24,624 nucleotides of DNA from contig JBGQHJ010000071.1 in assembly GCA_041497895.1 (NCBI GenBank), forward strand, positions 1 through 24,624, read 5' to 3'. A program made the position numbers and the translations under genes. Numbering within the stretch: the first letter of the stretch is position 1; each line of letters opens with the position of its first letter. A model generated the notes under the pieces. The model had not been told where the DNA came from, did no database searches, and saw only the letters and a list, made by a program, of their open reading frames with translations. Shown one piece after another: positions 1-11,811 of the stretch. Source of the stretch: Candidatus Methylomirabilia bacterium (GTDB lineage Bacteria; Methylomirabilota; Methylomirabilia; Rokubacteriales; CSP1-6).

Positions 1-441
1 GAGTTCGGCTGGACGCAGGAGGAGCTGGCGCAACGAGTCGCTCGGGATCGGAGCAGCGTTGCCAACTGTCTTCGCCTGCTGAAGCTCCCGGAATTGATCC
101 AGGCCGACCTGCGCGCGGGGCGGCTCACGATGGGCCACGCACGCGCGCTGCTTTCGCTCGACTCCCCTGCCGAGCAGCTGCGCCTTCGAGAGCAGATCCT
201 GGCGCACTCGTGGTCGGTGCGCACGACGGAGGAGGGCGTCCAGGCCAAGCGCGCGCGGCCGGCGCGCCGGCAGCTGCGGCGCTCGGCGGAGCTGGCCGCG
301 GTCGAGGACGCGCTCCGCGTGGCGCTGGCCACGCGCGTGCGCCTCGTCGGCAGCGAGCGCGCGGGCCGCATCGAGATCGCCTACTCCTCCCGCGAGGAGC
401 TCGATCGCCTGGCCGAGCTGATCACGGCGCCACCGCGCTAG
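1..441 (+). CDS. parB: ParB/Spo0J chromosome partitioning protein, C-terminal part (5' end outside window)
   Basis: Frame open from base 1: EFGWTQEELAQRVARDRSSVANCLRLLKLP (ParB HTH), then LTMGHARALL and C-terminal GRIEIAYSSREELDRL. Confidence 0.92.
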   Translation, partial: EFGWTQEELAQRVARDRSSVANCLRLLKLPELIQADLRAGRLTMGHARALLSLDSPAEQLRLREQILAHSWSVRTTEEGVQAKRARPARRQLRRSAELAAVEDALRVALATRVRLVGSERAGRIEIAYSSREELDRLAELITAPPR

Positions 442-444
442 AAT
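439..444 (+). promoter_or_regulatory. Putative -10 box (TAGAAT) for a leaderless mnmA transcript
   Basis: TAGAAT includes the parB stop, lies 7 nt before the mnmA ATG (452), and no SD is present. Confidence 0.5.
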
Positions 445-451
445 CGAGCGC

Positions 452-1546
452 ATGCAGGAGCGTATCGTCGTCGGCATGAGCGGCGGCGTCGACTCGTCGG
501 TCGCCGCCGCCCTTCTCGTCGAGCAAGGCGTCGAGGTCATCGGGATCACGCTCCGGGTGTGGCCGTGGCGCGAGCCGGAAGAGTCCACCCGGAAGTTCGG
601 CAGCTGTTGCTCGCCCGAGACCGTGGCCGACGCCCGGGCGGTCGCGCGGCGGCTCGGCATTCCCTACTACCTGCTGAACACGGAGCGCGAGTTCGAGCGG
701 GCCGTGATCGAGCCCTTCGCCCGCGCGTACGCGGAGGCGCGCACCCCGGTGCCCTGCGTGGCGTGCAATCGCGACGTGAAGTTCGGCTCGCTGCTGCAGC
801 GCGCCCGCGCGTGGGACGCGGTCGCGGTGGCCACCGGCCACTACGCGCGCATCACGCGGGAGCCGGCTACCGGGCGCTTCCTGCTCTGGCGCGGGCGCGA
901 CGCCCGCAAGGATCAGTCGGATTTTCTCTGGCCGCTCGACCAGGCGCAGCTCGAGGCGGCGCGCTTCCCGGTGGGCGATCTCACCAAGGAGGCGGTGCGC
1001 GAGAAGGCCCGGCATCTTGGCCTCGAGACCGCCGACAAGCCCGAGAGTCAGGAGATCTGCTTCATTCCAGACGATGACTACCGGGGCTTCCTGCGTCGAC
1101 GTATGCCCGAGGCCTTCGGGCCGGGGCCCATCATCGATGGGTCGGGCACCGTGCTGGGGCAGCACGAGGGGCTGGCCAACTATACGGTGGGCCAGCGCCG
1201 GGGCCTCGGCCTGTCCTCGCGACGCCCCCTATACGTCACCGCGCTCGATCCAGACCGGAACACCCTGGTGGTGGGGGAGGCCGGGGCGGTCGAGGTCGAC
1301 CGGTTGCGGGCGGAGCAGGTGAATTTCATCGCGATTCCCGCCCTGACAGGCCCACTGGCTGTGGCGGTGAAGATCCGCCACAGCCACGAGGCCGCCCCGG
1401 CCACCATCGAGCCCGACGGGGAGGGGGCCGTCCAGGTCCGCTTCGAGCGGGCTCAGCGCGCGCCCGCCCCCGGCCAGTCGGTGGTCTTCTACCAGGGTGA
1501 TCTGGTGGTCGGTGGGGGGGTCATCGGGCGGCCCGAAGCCCCTTGA
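452..1546 (+). CDS. mnmA: tRNA-specific 2-thiouridylase MnmA
   Basis: SGGVDSS PP-loop, SCC, PCVACN, ATGHYAR, KDQS, SQEICF, YTVGQRRGLG, PGQSVVFY motifs. Confidence 0.97.
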   Translation: MQERIVVGMSGGVDSSVAAALLVEQGVEVIGITLRVWPWREPEESTRKFGSCCSPETVADARAVARRLGIPYYLLNTEREFERAVIEPFARAYAEARTPVPCVACNRDVKFGSLLQRARAWDAVAVATGHYARITREPATGRFLLWRGRDARKDQSDFLWPLDQAQLEAARFPVGDLTKEAVREKARHLGLETADKPESQEICFIPDDDYRGFLRRRMPEAFGPGPIIDGSGTVLGQHEGLANYTVGQRRGLGLSSRRPLYVTALDPDRNTLVVGEAGAVEVDRLRAEQVNFIAIPALTGPLAVAVKIRHSHEAAPATIEPDGEGAVQVRFERAQRAPAPGQSVVFYQGDLVVGGGVIGRPEAP

Positions 1547-1571
1547 CAGCCCGGGCCCTCGCGGGGATACT
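1543..1571 (+). promoter_or_regulatory. sigma70-type promoter of atp operon
   Basis: TTGACA (1543-1548), 17 nt spacer, GATACT (1566-1571); GGAG SD before atpF ATG at 1624. Confidence 0.65.
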
Positions 1572-1623
1572 CGGATACCCTTTGTTCCTTCTTTCACAAT
1601 AGCGCTCGGCCGGAGAACTCACC

Positions 1624-2190
1624 ATGATTCGCGTACTCGCCATCGCTGTGCTTCTGCTCGGGGCGGCTCCGTCGGCCGCCCTGGCCAACGAGGGGGGAGG
1701 CGGTCTGATCAGCCTGGACAAGTCGATCCTGATCCAGGCGATCAACTTCGGCTTGCTGCTCTTCATCCTGATCAAGCTGCTCTACAAGCCGCTCATGGCC
1801 AAGATGCAAGAGCGAACCGAGGCCATCCGCAGCTCGCTCGAGGAGGCCAAGGCGGCCCGGGCCGAGGCCGAGCGCGAGCGCGCCGAGCATGCGGCCAAGC
1901 TGCAGGCCTCGTACGCGGAGGCGCAGGCGATCCGCGCCAGCGCGCTGAAGGAGGCGGCGGAGGAGCAGCGGCGGCTGGTGGAGGCGGCCCGCGCGGAAGC
2001 CGCGCGACTGGTGGAGACCGCGCGCAACGAGCTCGCGCAGGACGTTCGCCGGGCACGCCAGGATCTGCGGCAAGAGGTGGCCGACCTCGCGACCACGGTG
2101 GCGGAGCGCCTGATTCGCAAGAGTCTCCGCGACGAGGACCATCGCCGCATCATCGAGGACGCAATCGGCCGCGTCGACCGGGTCAGCTAG
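1624..2190 (+). CDS. atpF: F0F1 ATP synthase subunit b
   Basis: TM helix IQAINFGLLLFILIKLLYKP, then long Ala/Glu coiled coil; directly before atpH. Confidence 0.93.
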   Translation: MIRVLAIAVLLLGAAPSAALANEGGGGLISLDKSILIQAINFGLLLFILIKLLYKPLMAKMQERTEAIRSSLEEAKAARAEAERERAEHAAKLQASYAEAQAIRASALKEAAEEQRRLVEAARAEAARLVETARNELAQDVRRARQDLRQEVADLATTVAERLIRKSLRDEDHRRIIEDAIGRVDRVS

Positions 2191-2193
2191 CCC

Positions 2194-2739
2194 GTGCGAG
2201 CGCACGAAGGCACCGCCCGGCGCTACGCGAAGGCGCTCTACGAGCTGGCCCACGCGAGCGGAGACGCGGAGGCGGTGGGCCGGGAGCTCGAGCAGGCCGC
2301 GGCGGTCTACGCCGATGACGCGGGGGCGCACGACGTGTTGACCCGGCCCTGGATCAAGCCGGTCGATCGGCGCGGCGTGGCCACCGCGATCGCCCAGAAG
2401 ACGGGAGCTCGCAAGCTCGTGCAGGACTTCGTCGGACTCGTGGCCGAGCGCGGCCGCGCCGACCATCTACCCGAGATCATCGCGACGTACCGGCTGCTGG
2501 TCGACGCCGGGCTCGGCCGGGCCCGCGCGCAAGTGCGGACCGCGGTGGCCTTCACCGACGCGGAGAAGCAGCAGCTCGCCGGTCGGCTCGAGCGCGCGCT
2601 CGGCAAGCGCATCATCGTGGAGGAGCAGGTCGACGCCACGCTCCTCGGCGGCTTCGTCGCCCAGGTCGGCAGCCTCATTCTCGACGGCAGTCTCGACGGC
2701 CAGCTCGCGCGGATGCGCGAGCGGCTCGCAAGGGGATAG
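2194..2739 (+). CDS. atpH: F0F1 ATP synthase subunit delta
   Basis: ARRYAKAL start, VDATLLGG...DGSL..QL end; GTG start. Confidence 0.95.
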   Translation: MRAHEGTARRYAKALYELAHASGDAEAVGRELEQAAAVYADDAGAHDVLTRPWIKPVDRRGVATAIAQKTGARKLVQDFVGLVAERGRADHLPEIIATYRLLVDAGLGRARAQVRTAVAFTDAEKQQLAGRLERALGKRIIVEEQVDATLLGGFVAQVGSLILDGSLDGQLARMRERLARG

Positions 2740-2742
2740 CAC

Positions 2743-4269
<1,527 letters not shown>

Positions 4270-4281
4270 GCACGGATCGCC

Positions 4282-6598
<2,317 letters not shown>

Positions 6599-6599
<1 letters not shown>

Positions 6600-7009
6600 T
6601 GCTGCTGGAGCTCGCCACGCCCACGCGCCAGCTCGTCTCCGAGGAGGTCGACGAGGTGGTGGCCCCCGGCTCCGAAGGCTACTTCGGGGTCCTGCCCGGC
6701 CACGCCGCGTTGCTGGCCACGCTGGGCAGCGGCGAGGTGGTGTACCGGCGCGGGCGCGACGAGGTGCATCTCGCCGTGCACGGCGGCTTCGCCGAGGTCA
6801 CGCCCGAGCGCGTGATCATCCTGGCCGAGACCGCGGAGCGACCGGACGAGATCGACCGGGTGCGGGCGGAACGGGCGCGGCAGCGCGCCGAGCAGCGCAT
6901 GACCGGGCGCGATCCGGACGGCGAGGGCGAGATCGACTACGACGACGCGCTCGGCGCCTACCAGCGGGCCCTCACCCGCCTGCTCGTCGTCGCCATCGGG
7001 GGCGGCTAG
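6599..7009 (+). CDS. atpC: F0F1 ATP synthase subunit epsilon
   Basis: PGSEGYFGVLPGHA, GGFAEV, ILAETAE; GTG overlaps the atpD stop. Confidence 0.96.
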
Positions 7010-7020
7010 AGCGCCTGCCT

Positions 7021-7040
7021 CTCCCGCCATGCGGCGGGAG
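7021..7040 (+). terminator. GC hairpin after atp operon (probable terminator, no U-tract)
   Basis: CTCCCGCC-ATGC-GGCGGGAG perfect 8-bp stem just after the atpC stop. Confidence 0.5.
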
Positions 7041-7086
7041 CCGCGCCCTGCCCAGCCCGTCGGGCACTCCCGGGGCGAGTTGATTC

Positions 7087-7099
7087 CAAGCAGTTGATT
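7087..7099 (-). promoter_or_regulatory. IHF binding site
   Basis: Reverse complement AATCAACTGCTTG matches WATCAANNNNTTR exactly; 17 nt upstream of the sigma54 motif. Confidence 0.65.
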
Positions 7100-7116
7100 C
7101 GCCGCACCTTCGTCGG

Positions 7117-7132
7117 TGGCATGTCCCTCGCA
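7117..7132 (+). promoter_or_regulatory. sigma54 (RpoN) -24/-12 promoter
   Basis: TGGCATGTCCCTCGCA vs consensus TGGCACG-N4-TTGCW; invariant GG and GC at correct spacing. Confidence 0.65.
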
Positions 7133-7145
7133 ATCAGTGAGGGGC

Positions 7146-7532
7146 ATGATGACCCTCCTGATCGCCGACGATGAGCCCGCGATTCTCGATCTCGTCCGCT
7201 TCACCCTCGAAGACCCGCAAGTGCGGATCGTCGAGGCCTCCGACGGCGCCGCCGCGCTCGAGCTCGCCCGGCGGCTGGGGCCGGACGTGGCCCTGCTCGA
7301 CGTCAAGATGCCACGGCTCAGCGGCCTCGACGTGTGCCGGCGCCTGCGCGAGCTCCCGGAGTGCGCGCATACCCGGGTCGTCCTCCTCACCGCAGCGGCG
7401 CAGGCCGAGGACCGACGCCGTGGCCTCGCCGCGGGGGCCGACCACTACCTGACCAAGCCGTTCTCGCCGCTGGCCCTGTTGACGCTCATCCGATCCCTCA
7501 TGCCGGAGGTGTCGATATGGCCGGCAGTGTAG
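7146..7532 (+). CDS. Single-domain response regulator (REC)
   Basis: IADDEP, LLDVKMP (phospho-Asp), LLTA, TKPF all intact; no output domain. Confidence 0.93.
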   Translation: MMTLLIADDEPAILDLVRFTLEDPQVRIVEASDGAAALELARRLGPDVALLDVKMPRLSGLDVCRRLRELPECAHTRVVLLTAAAQAEDRRRGLAAGADHYLTKPFSPLALLTLIRSLMPEVSIWPAV

Positions 7533-8272
7533 GTCTCTCGCAGGCGCTGTCCTACGCGCGGGATCTCAAGTCGCTGTACGAGACCGCGCGCGCGCGGGAG
7601 CGGGAGCTCGAGCGGGCCCAGGAGCGCCTGCGACACGCTTACGCGCAATCGCGCCAGTACGCGGTCGACCTGCGCAAGACGTACCGCCGGCTCCAGCACG
7701 CCATCTTCCAGAGCCTGCTCGGCCTGGCCAACGCGCTCGAGGCCAAGGACCCTTACACGCGGGGCCATTCCGAGCGGGTGGCGACGCTGGCTCGCCGGGT
7801 CGCGCTCGCGGCCGGCGTCTCGCCCTCGGGGGCCGACACCATCGCGCAGGCCGGGCTGCTCCACGATCTCGGCAAGATCGGCATCCCCGAGCAGGTGCTG
7901 CGCAAGCCCGGTCCGCTCGACGCCGAGGAGTGGGCGGTGATGCGGCGGCACCCGATCGTCGGCGCGCAGATCGTGGCCCCCCTCGAGTTCTTCGCCGATG
8001 GCGCGATCATCGTGCGGCACCATCACGAGCGCCACGACGGCAGCGGCTATCCGGACGGGCTCCGCGGAGAGCTGATCCCGCTGGGCTCGCGCATCGTCGC
8101 GGTCGCCGACGTCTACGACGCGCTCACGTCGGACCGCCCGTACCGGCCGCGGCTCTCGCGGGAGGAGACGGTGTGGCGGCTCGAGGCGGAAGCCGGACGC
8201 ACGCTCGACGCGCACCTGACCACGCTGTGCATCCAGCTAACAGCCGATGCTGCTGCTGAGCGCGCCATTTGA
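7517..8272 (+). CDS. HD-GYP domain cyclic dinucleotide phosphodiesterase with N-terminal coiled coil
   Basis: KDPYTRGHSERV, LLHDLGKIG, HHHERHDGSGYPDGL, ADVYDALTSDRPYR; SD GGAGGT at 7505-7510. Confidence 0.93.
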   Translation: MAGSVGLSQALSYARDLKSLYETARARERELERAQERLRHAYAQSRQYAVDLRKTYRRLQHAIFQSLLGLANALEAKDPYTRGHSERVATLARRVALAAGVSPSGADTIAQAGLLHDLGKIGIPEQVLRKPGPLDAEEWAVMRRHPIVGAQIVAPLEFFADGAIIVRHHHERHDGSGYPDGLRGELIPLGSRIVAVADVYDALTSDRPYRPRLSREETVWRLEAEAGRTLDAHLTTLCIQLTADAAAERAI

Positions 8273-9068
8273 CCCGGCGGCGGTATCGCCGCGGCTCCCG
8301 ATCCGAGCCTTCGCGCGGACCGGCGCCGCGGCGACGCTGGTCGTGGCGGCGGGAACGGGGGCGGAGGCGCTCGGGGTCGTGCCGGCCGGGCTCGGCCGCG
8401 CGCTGGCGATGGGCGCGGTGCACGCGGGGCTGATCGGTCTCGGCTGGGTGCTGGCCACGGGTGGCGCGCCGGGTGGGCCCGGGCCCGTCGTGAGACTGGG
8501 GGTGGCCACGACGCTCGTCACGGTGGCCGCCCGCCTCACGCCCTGGGGCGCGGTCGCGTTCGGACTGATTCCGCTGCTCCTTCTGATCGAGGCCCATCGG
8601 GTGCCGGCCCTGCGCGCGCTCGGCATCGGGGGCTGCCGCCCGATACGCGCGGTCGCCGGGCTGGCCGCCGGAGCGTTCCTCGGGGCGCACGTGCTGATCA
8701 CGGCGTCGCTCACGTTCGGTCATCGCGTGCACATCGGCAGCCTGGCCGCCTACGCGAGCGCGCTCGGCTATGACGTGGGCGCGAATGTCCTCTCGGCCGA
8801 GTGGCTGTTTCGCGGCGCGGTCTTCTCGTGGGGCTGGCGCCGGTTCACGTTCTGGCCCGCGGCCCTCGTCAGCACCGCGCTCGCGGTGCTGCGGTACCTG
8901 CTCGACCCGGCGCTCCCCCACGCGGCGGAGGCTCGAGTCGGCGCGATCTTCTACCTCGGCCTCCTCGGAATGGTCGCGTGCGCGCTCCGGGCATGGAGCG
9001 GAAGCCTGCTGCCGGGCTACCTGGCCGGGGTGGCCTTCTTCGCCGCTTACCGGACCCTCGCGCCATGA
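8247..9068 (+). CDS. CPBP/Abi (CAAX protease-like) integral membrane protein, catalytic motifs degenerate
   Basis: Multiple TM segments; AEWLFRG (cf. EExxFRG) and WSGSLLPG (cf. TGSLWP..H); overlaps both neighbours. Confidence 0.7.
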   Translation: MLLLSAPFDPAAVSPRLPIRAFARTGAAATLVVAAGTGAEALGVVPAGLGRALAMGAVHAGLIGLGWVLATGGAPGGPGPVVRLGVATTLVTVAARLTPWGAVAFGLIPLLLLIEAHRVPALRALGIGGCRPIRAVAGLAAGAFLGAHVLITASLTFGHRVHIGSLAAYASALGYDVGANVLSAEWLFRGAVFSWGWRRFTFWPAALVSTALAVLRYLLDPALPHAAEARVGAIFYLGLLGMVACALRAWSGSLLPGYLAGVAFFAAYRTLAP

Positions 9069-10591
9069 TCGCGCCGTCTCTCGCGCTGGTGGCTGCCCTG
9101 GCCGGGATCATGGCCCTCACAGGCGAAGGCGCGGACTCGGTCCTACGGCATCTCTATCTCGTGCCCACGGTCTGGGTGGCGCTCCGGCGGGGGGTCGTCG
9201 CGGGGGGCCTGGTCGGCGCGCTGGCCGGTCTCGTCCATGCGCCGATCGTGCTGCCGGCGGTCGAGCGCGATGGGCTCACCTCGCAGACGCTCGATGGCTT
9301 CCTCTCCCTCGGCCTGCCGGTGCTGACCGGTCTGCTCGTCGGATATCTCGCCGACGGCGCGCGGGCCCGCGCAGCCCGTCTGAGCGCCGTCCTGGCCATC
9401 CAGCGGCGGCTGGCGGCGCCGGGCCCGCTCCAGGCCGCGCTGGCTGGCGTCGCCCAGGAGCTGCGGCTCACGCTCGGGGCGCGGTGCGTCGCGCTGCTGG
9501 TCGGGCGCGACGTGCGGACGGCACTCCTGGCCTCGGTGCCCGTGGGCACGCTCGTCGAACCGGGCTCCGCGGGGGCCTTCACCCTCGCGACGGGCGCGCC
9601 GGTGACGAGCCGCGACCTGCGAGCAGATCCCCGCGTCAGGAGCGACGGCCCGCCCGAGTCGACGCCACGCCGAGCGCTCGCCCTGCCGCTCGTCTCCGGG
9701 GTGGGGGTGATCGGGGTCATGGCGGTGGAATGGGCCGGCGAGCTGTCGCGCAATACCCGCGCGGCCGCCGAGGAGCTGGCGGTGCACGTCGGATTGGCGG
9801 TGGAGAACGCGCGGCTCACCCTGCGCCAGGAGCGATTTGCCGAAGAGCTGGCGGAGAAGGTCGAGGCCGCGACCGCACGGCTGCGCGAGCTGGACCAGGC
9901 CAAGACCGAGTTCCTCTCGGTGGTCTCGCACGAGCTGCGGACGCCGCTGACCGCGCTCCAGGGGTTCAGCGAGCTTCTGCTCCGGTCGACACTCCCGCCC
10001 GAGAAGGCCCACCGCTGCCTCGTCTACCTGCACACCGAGGCGTGCACCCTCGGGCGCATCGTCGGCGAGCTGCTCGATCTCTCGCGCATCGAGGCGGGCC
10101 GTCCGCTCGACCTGCATCCTGAGCCGGTCGACCTCGACGCGCTGCTCGAGCGCAATGTCGAGCTCTTCGCGACGGAGCACCGCCAGCATCGGTTCGAGTG
10201 GACACGGACCGCGCCCGGCCTCGCGCTGCGTGCGGACCCGGACGCGCTCGATCGGATGATGAAGAACCTGCTCTCCAACGCGGTGAAGTACTCTCCGCGC
10301 GGCGGTCGCGTGATCGTATCCGCGAGCCCGGCGCCGGACCGGCCGGGCATGGTGGAGGTGGCGGTCGAGGATGACGGAGTCGGGATCCCGGCCGAGCAGC
10401 TGCCCCGGATCTTCGACAAGTACGTGCGGGTTGCCCATCCCGATACCACCGCGGCCCGGGGCCTCGGGCTCGGCCTGAGCCTGGTGAAGGCCCTCGCCGA
10501 GGCCCACGGCGGACGAGTCGAGGTGGACAGTCTCCCCGGGAAAGGCTCCCGATTCCGCCTGCTTCTGCCCGAGGAGGATGGCCACTTTTGA
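9065..10591 (+). CDS. Membrane sensor histidine kinase (TM region, GAF-like, HisKA, HATPase_c)
   Basis: SHELRTPLT H-box, NLLSNAVKYS N-box, DDGVGI, IFDKY, GLGLGL; ATGA coupling with upstream gene. Confidence 0.95.
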   Translation: MIAPSLALVAALAGIMALTGEGADSVLRHLYLVPTVWVALRRGVVAGGLVGALAGLVHAPIVLPAVERDGLTSQTLDGFLSLGLPVLTGLLVGYLADGARARAARLSAVLAIQRRLAAPGPLQAALAGVAQELRLTLGARCVALLVGRDVRTALLASVPVGTLVEPGSAGAFTLATGAPVTSRDLRADPRVRSDGPPESTPRRALALPLVSGVGVIGVMAVEWAGELSRNTRAAAEELAVHVGLAVENARLTLRQERFAEELAEKVEAATARLRELDQAKTEFLSVVSHELRTPLTALQGFSELLLRSTLPPEKAHRCLVYLHTEACTLGRIVGELLDLSRIEAGRPLDLHPEPVDLDALLERNVELFATEHRQHRFEWTRTAPGLALRADPDALDRMMKNLLSNAVKYSPRGGRVIVSASPAPDRPGMVEVAVEDDGVGIPAEQLPRIFDKYVRVAHPDTTAARGLGLGLSLVKALAEAHGGRVEVDSLPGKGSRFRLLLPEEDGHF

Positions 10592-10613
10592 CCTATTTTC
10601 CGTATAGTTGTGC

Positions 10614-10643
10614 TTGACACTCCGGTTCACGCCCGTGTAACCT
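10614..10643 (+). promoter_or_regulatory. sigma70-type promoter of DUF507-ubiX operon
   Basis: TTGACA (10614-10619), 18 nt spacer, TAACCT (10638-10643). Confidence 0.55.
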
Positions 10644-10655
10644 GTCACTTCGGGC

Positions 10656-10934
10656 ATGGCACGACGGGACGAGGTGGCGGGCCGGATGGCCGAGGCCGTG
10701 GTCAAGCGGCTGGTCGGGCGCAAGCTCGCCGACGTCCGGGACGAGACGCGGGCCCGCGAGGTCGTGCGTCGCATCCTGCTCGAGAACTTCCAGGCCGAGG
10801 AGAAGATCGACGCCGACGCCCGTACCCTCCTGATGGACAACGCCAAGCTGATCCGCGACTCGGCCTCCGACTACAAGCGGCTCTTCACGCTGGTGAAGGC
10901 CAAGCTCGCGAAGGAGCGGGGGTTCACCCTGTGA
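10656..10934 (+). CDS. DUF507-like small protein
   Basis: EEKIDADAR...YKRLFTLVKAKLAKERGFTL resembles the DUF507 C-terminus; start could also be 10686. Confidence 0.75.
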   Translation: MARRDEVAGRMAEAVVKRLVGRKLADVRDETRAREVVRRILLENFQAEEKIDADARTLLMDNAKLIRDSASDYKRLFTLVKAKLAKERGFTL

Positions 10935-11224
10935 CCCGCATGAGCCGCGAGCGCATGTTCGCGCTGGCCGACCGAATCGTGGCCGACCTGACCGCCACCG
11001 AGAGCGTGATGATCAGGGCCGCCGACGACAAGGCGCAAGGCCAGCTCCGCACCGAGGTCTTCCGCGTGCTGGAGGACGAGTCCAAGCTCGAGGAGTCGAT
11101 CGACCAGGAGGTCCGCCGCGCGCTCAGCACGTATTCGCGTCCGGCGCCCGAGGGCAGCGCGGAGTGGGAGCTCCTCTACCAGAAGACGCGTGACGAGGTC
11201 TACCGGCGGAGGTTCCGGCTGTGA
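10931..11224 (+). CDS. DUF507-like small protein (second paralog)
   Basis: RMSRER...EESIDQEVRRALSTYSR.APEGSAEWELLYQK; GTGA overlaps at both ends; alternative start 10940. Confidence 0.75.
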   Translation: MTRMSRERMFALADRIVADLTATESVMIRAADDKAQGQLRTEVFRVLEDESKLEESIDQEVRRALSTYSRPAPEGSAEWELLYQKTRDEVYRRRFRL

Positions 11225-11811
11225 AGCGTCTGGTCGTGGGGATCAGCGGCGCCTCCGGCGCGATCTACGGCATCCGCTTCCTCGAGCTCCTGCGCGGCAT
11301 CCCCGACGTCGAGGCGCACCTGATCGTCTCCGACGCGGGCCGGCGCACCATCGTCGAGGAGACCGACTACTCGGTGGAGGCGGTGGAGGCGCTGGCTCCG
11401 CGTCGCTACCGAAACCGTGACATCGGAGCAGCAGTGGCGTCGGGCTCGTTCAAGACCGACGGCATGGTGATCGTGCCGTGCAGCATCAAGTCGGCCGCCG
11501 CGGTCGCGCACTGCGCCGCCGACACCCTGATCGCCCGCGCGGCCGACGTGACCCTCAAGGAAGGTCGGCCTCTGGTGCTGGTCGTGCGCGAGACGCCGCT
11601 CCATCTGGGCCATCTCCGCGTGCTGACCGCCCTCGCCGAGATGGGGGCGGTGATCCTGCCGCCGATGCCGGCGTTCTACAACCGCCCCAAGCAGATCGAC
11701 GACCTGGTGACCCACACGCTGGCCCGGGTGCTCGACCGGCTCGGCCTGCCGCACACGCTCGCACCGGAATGGCAGGGCACCGCACCGCGCGTGCCTCCGC
11801 CCAGCGCGTGA
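11221..11811 (+). CDS. ubiX: UbiX-family flavin prenyltransferase
   Basis: GISGASG, IVPCS, RAADVTLKEGR, RETP, PAFY motifs. Confidence 0.95.
   Translation: MKRLVVGISGASGAIYGIRFLELLRGIPDVEAHLIVSDAGRRTIVEETDYSVEAVEALAPRRYRNRDIGAAVASGSFKTDGMVIVPCSIKSAAAVAHCAADTLIARAADVTLKEGRPLVLVVRETPLHLGHLRVLTALAEMGAVILPPMPAFYNRPKQIDDLVTHTLARVLDRLGLPHTLAPEWQGTAPRVPPPSA

Noticed and set aside
7334..7516. Possible frameshifted REC-HD-GYP fusion or extended HD-GYP
   Set aside because: REC is complete and HD-GYP has its own GGAGGT SD and ATG at 7517; no slippery run seen.
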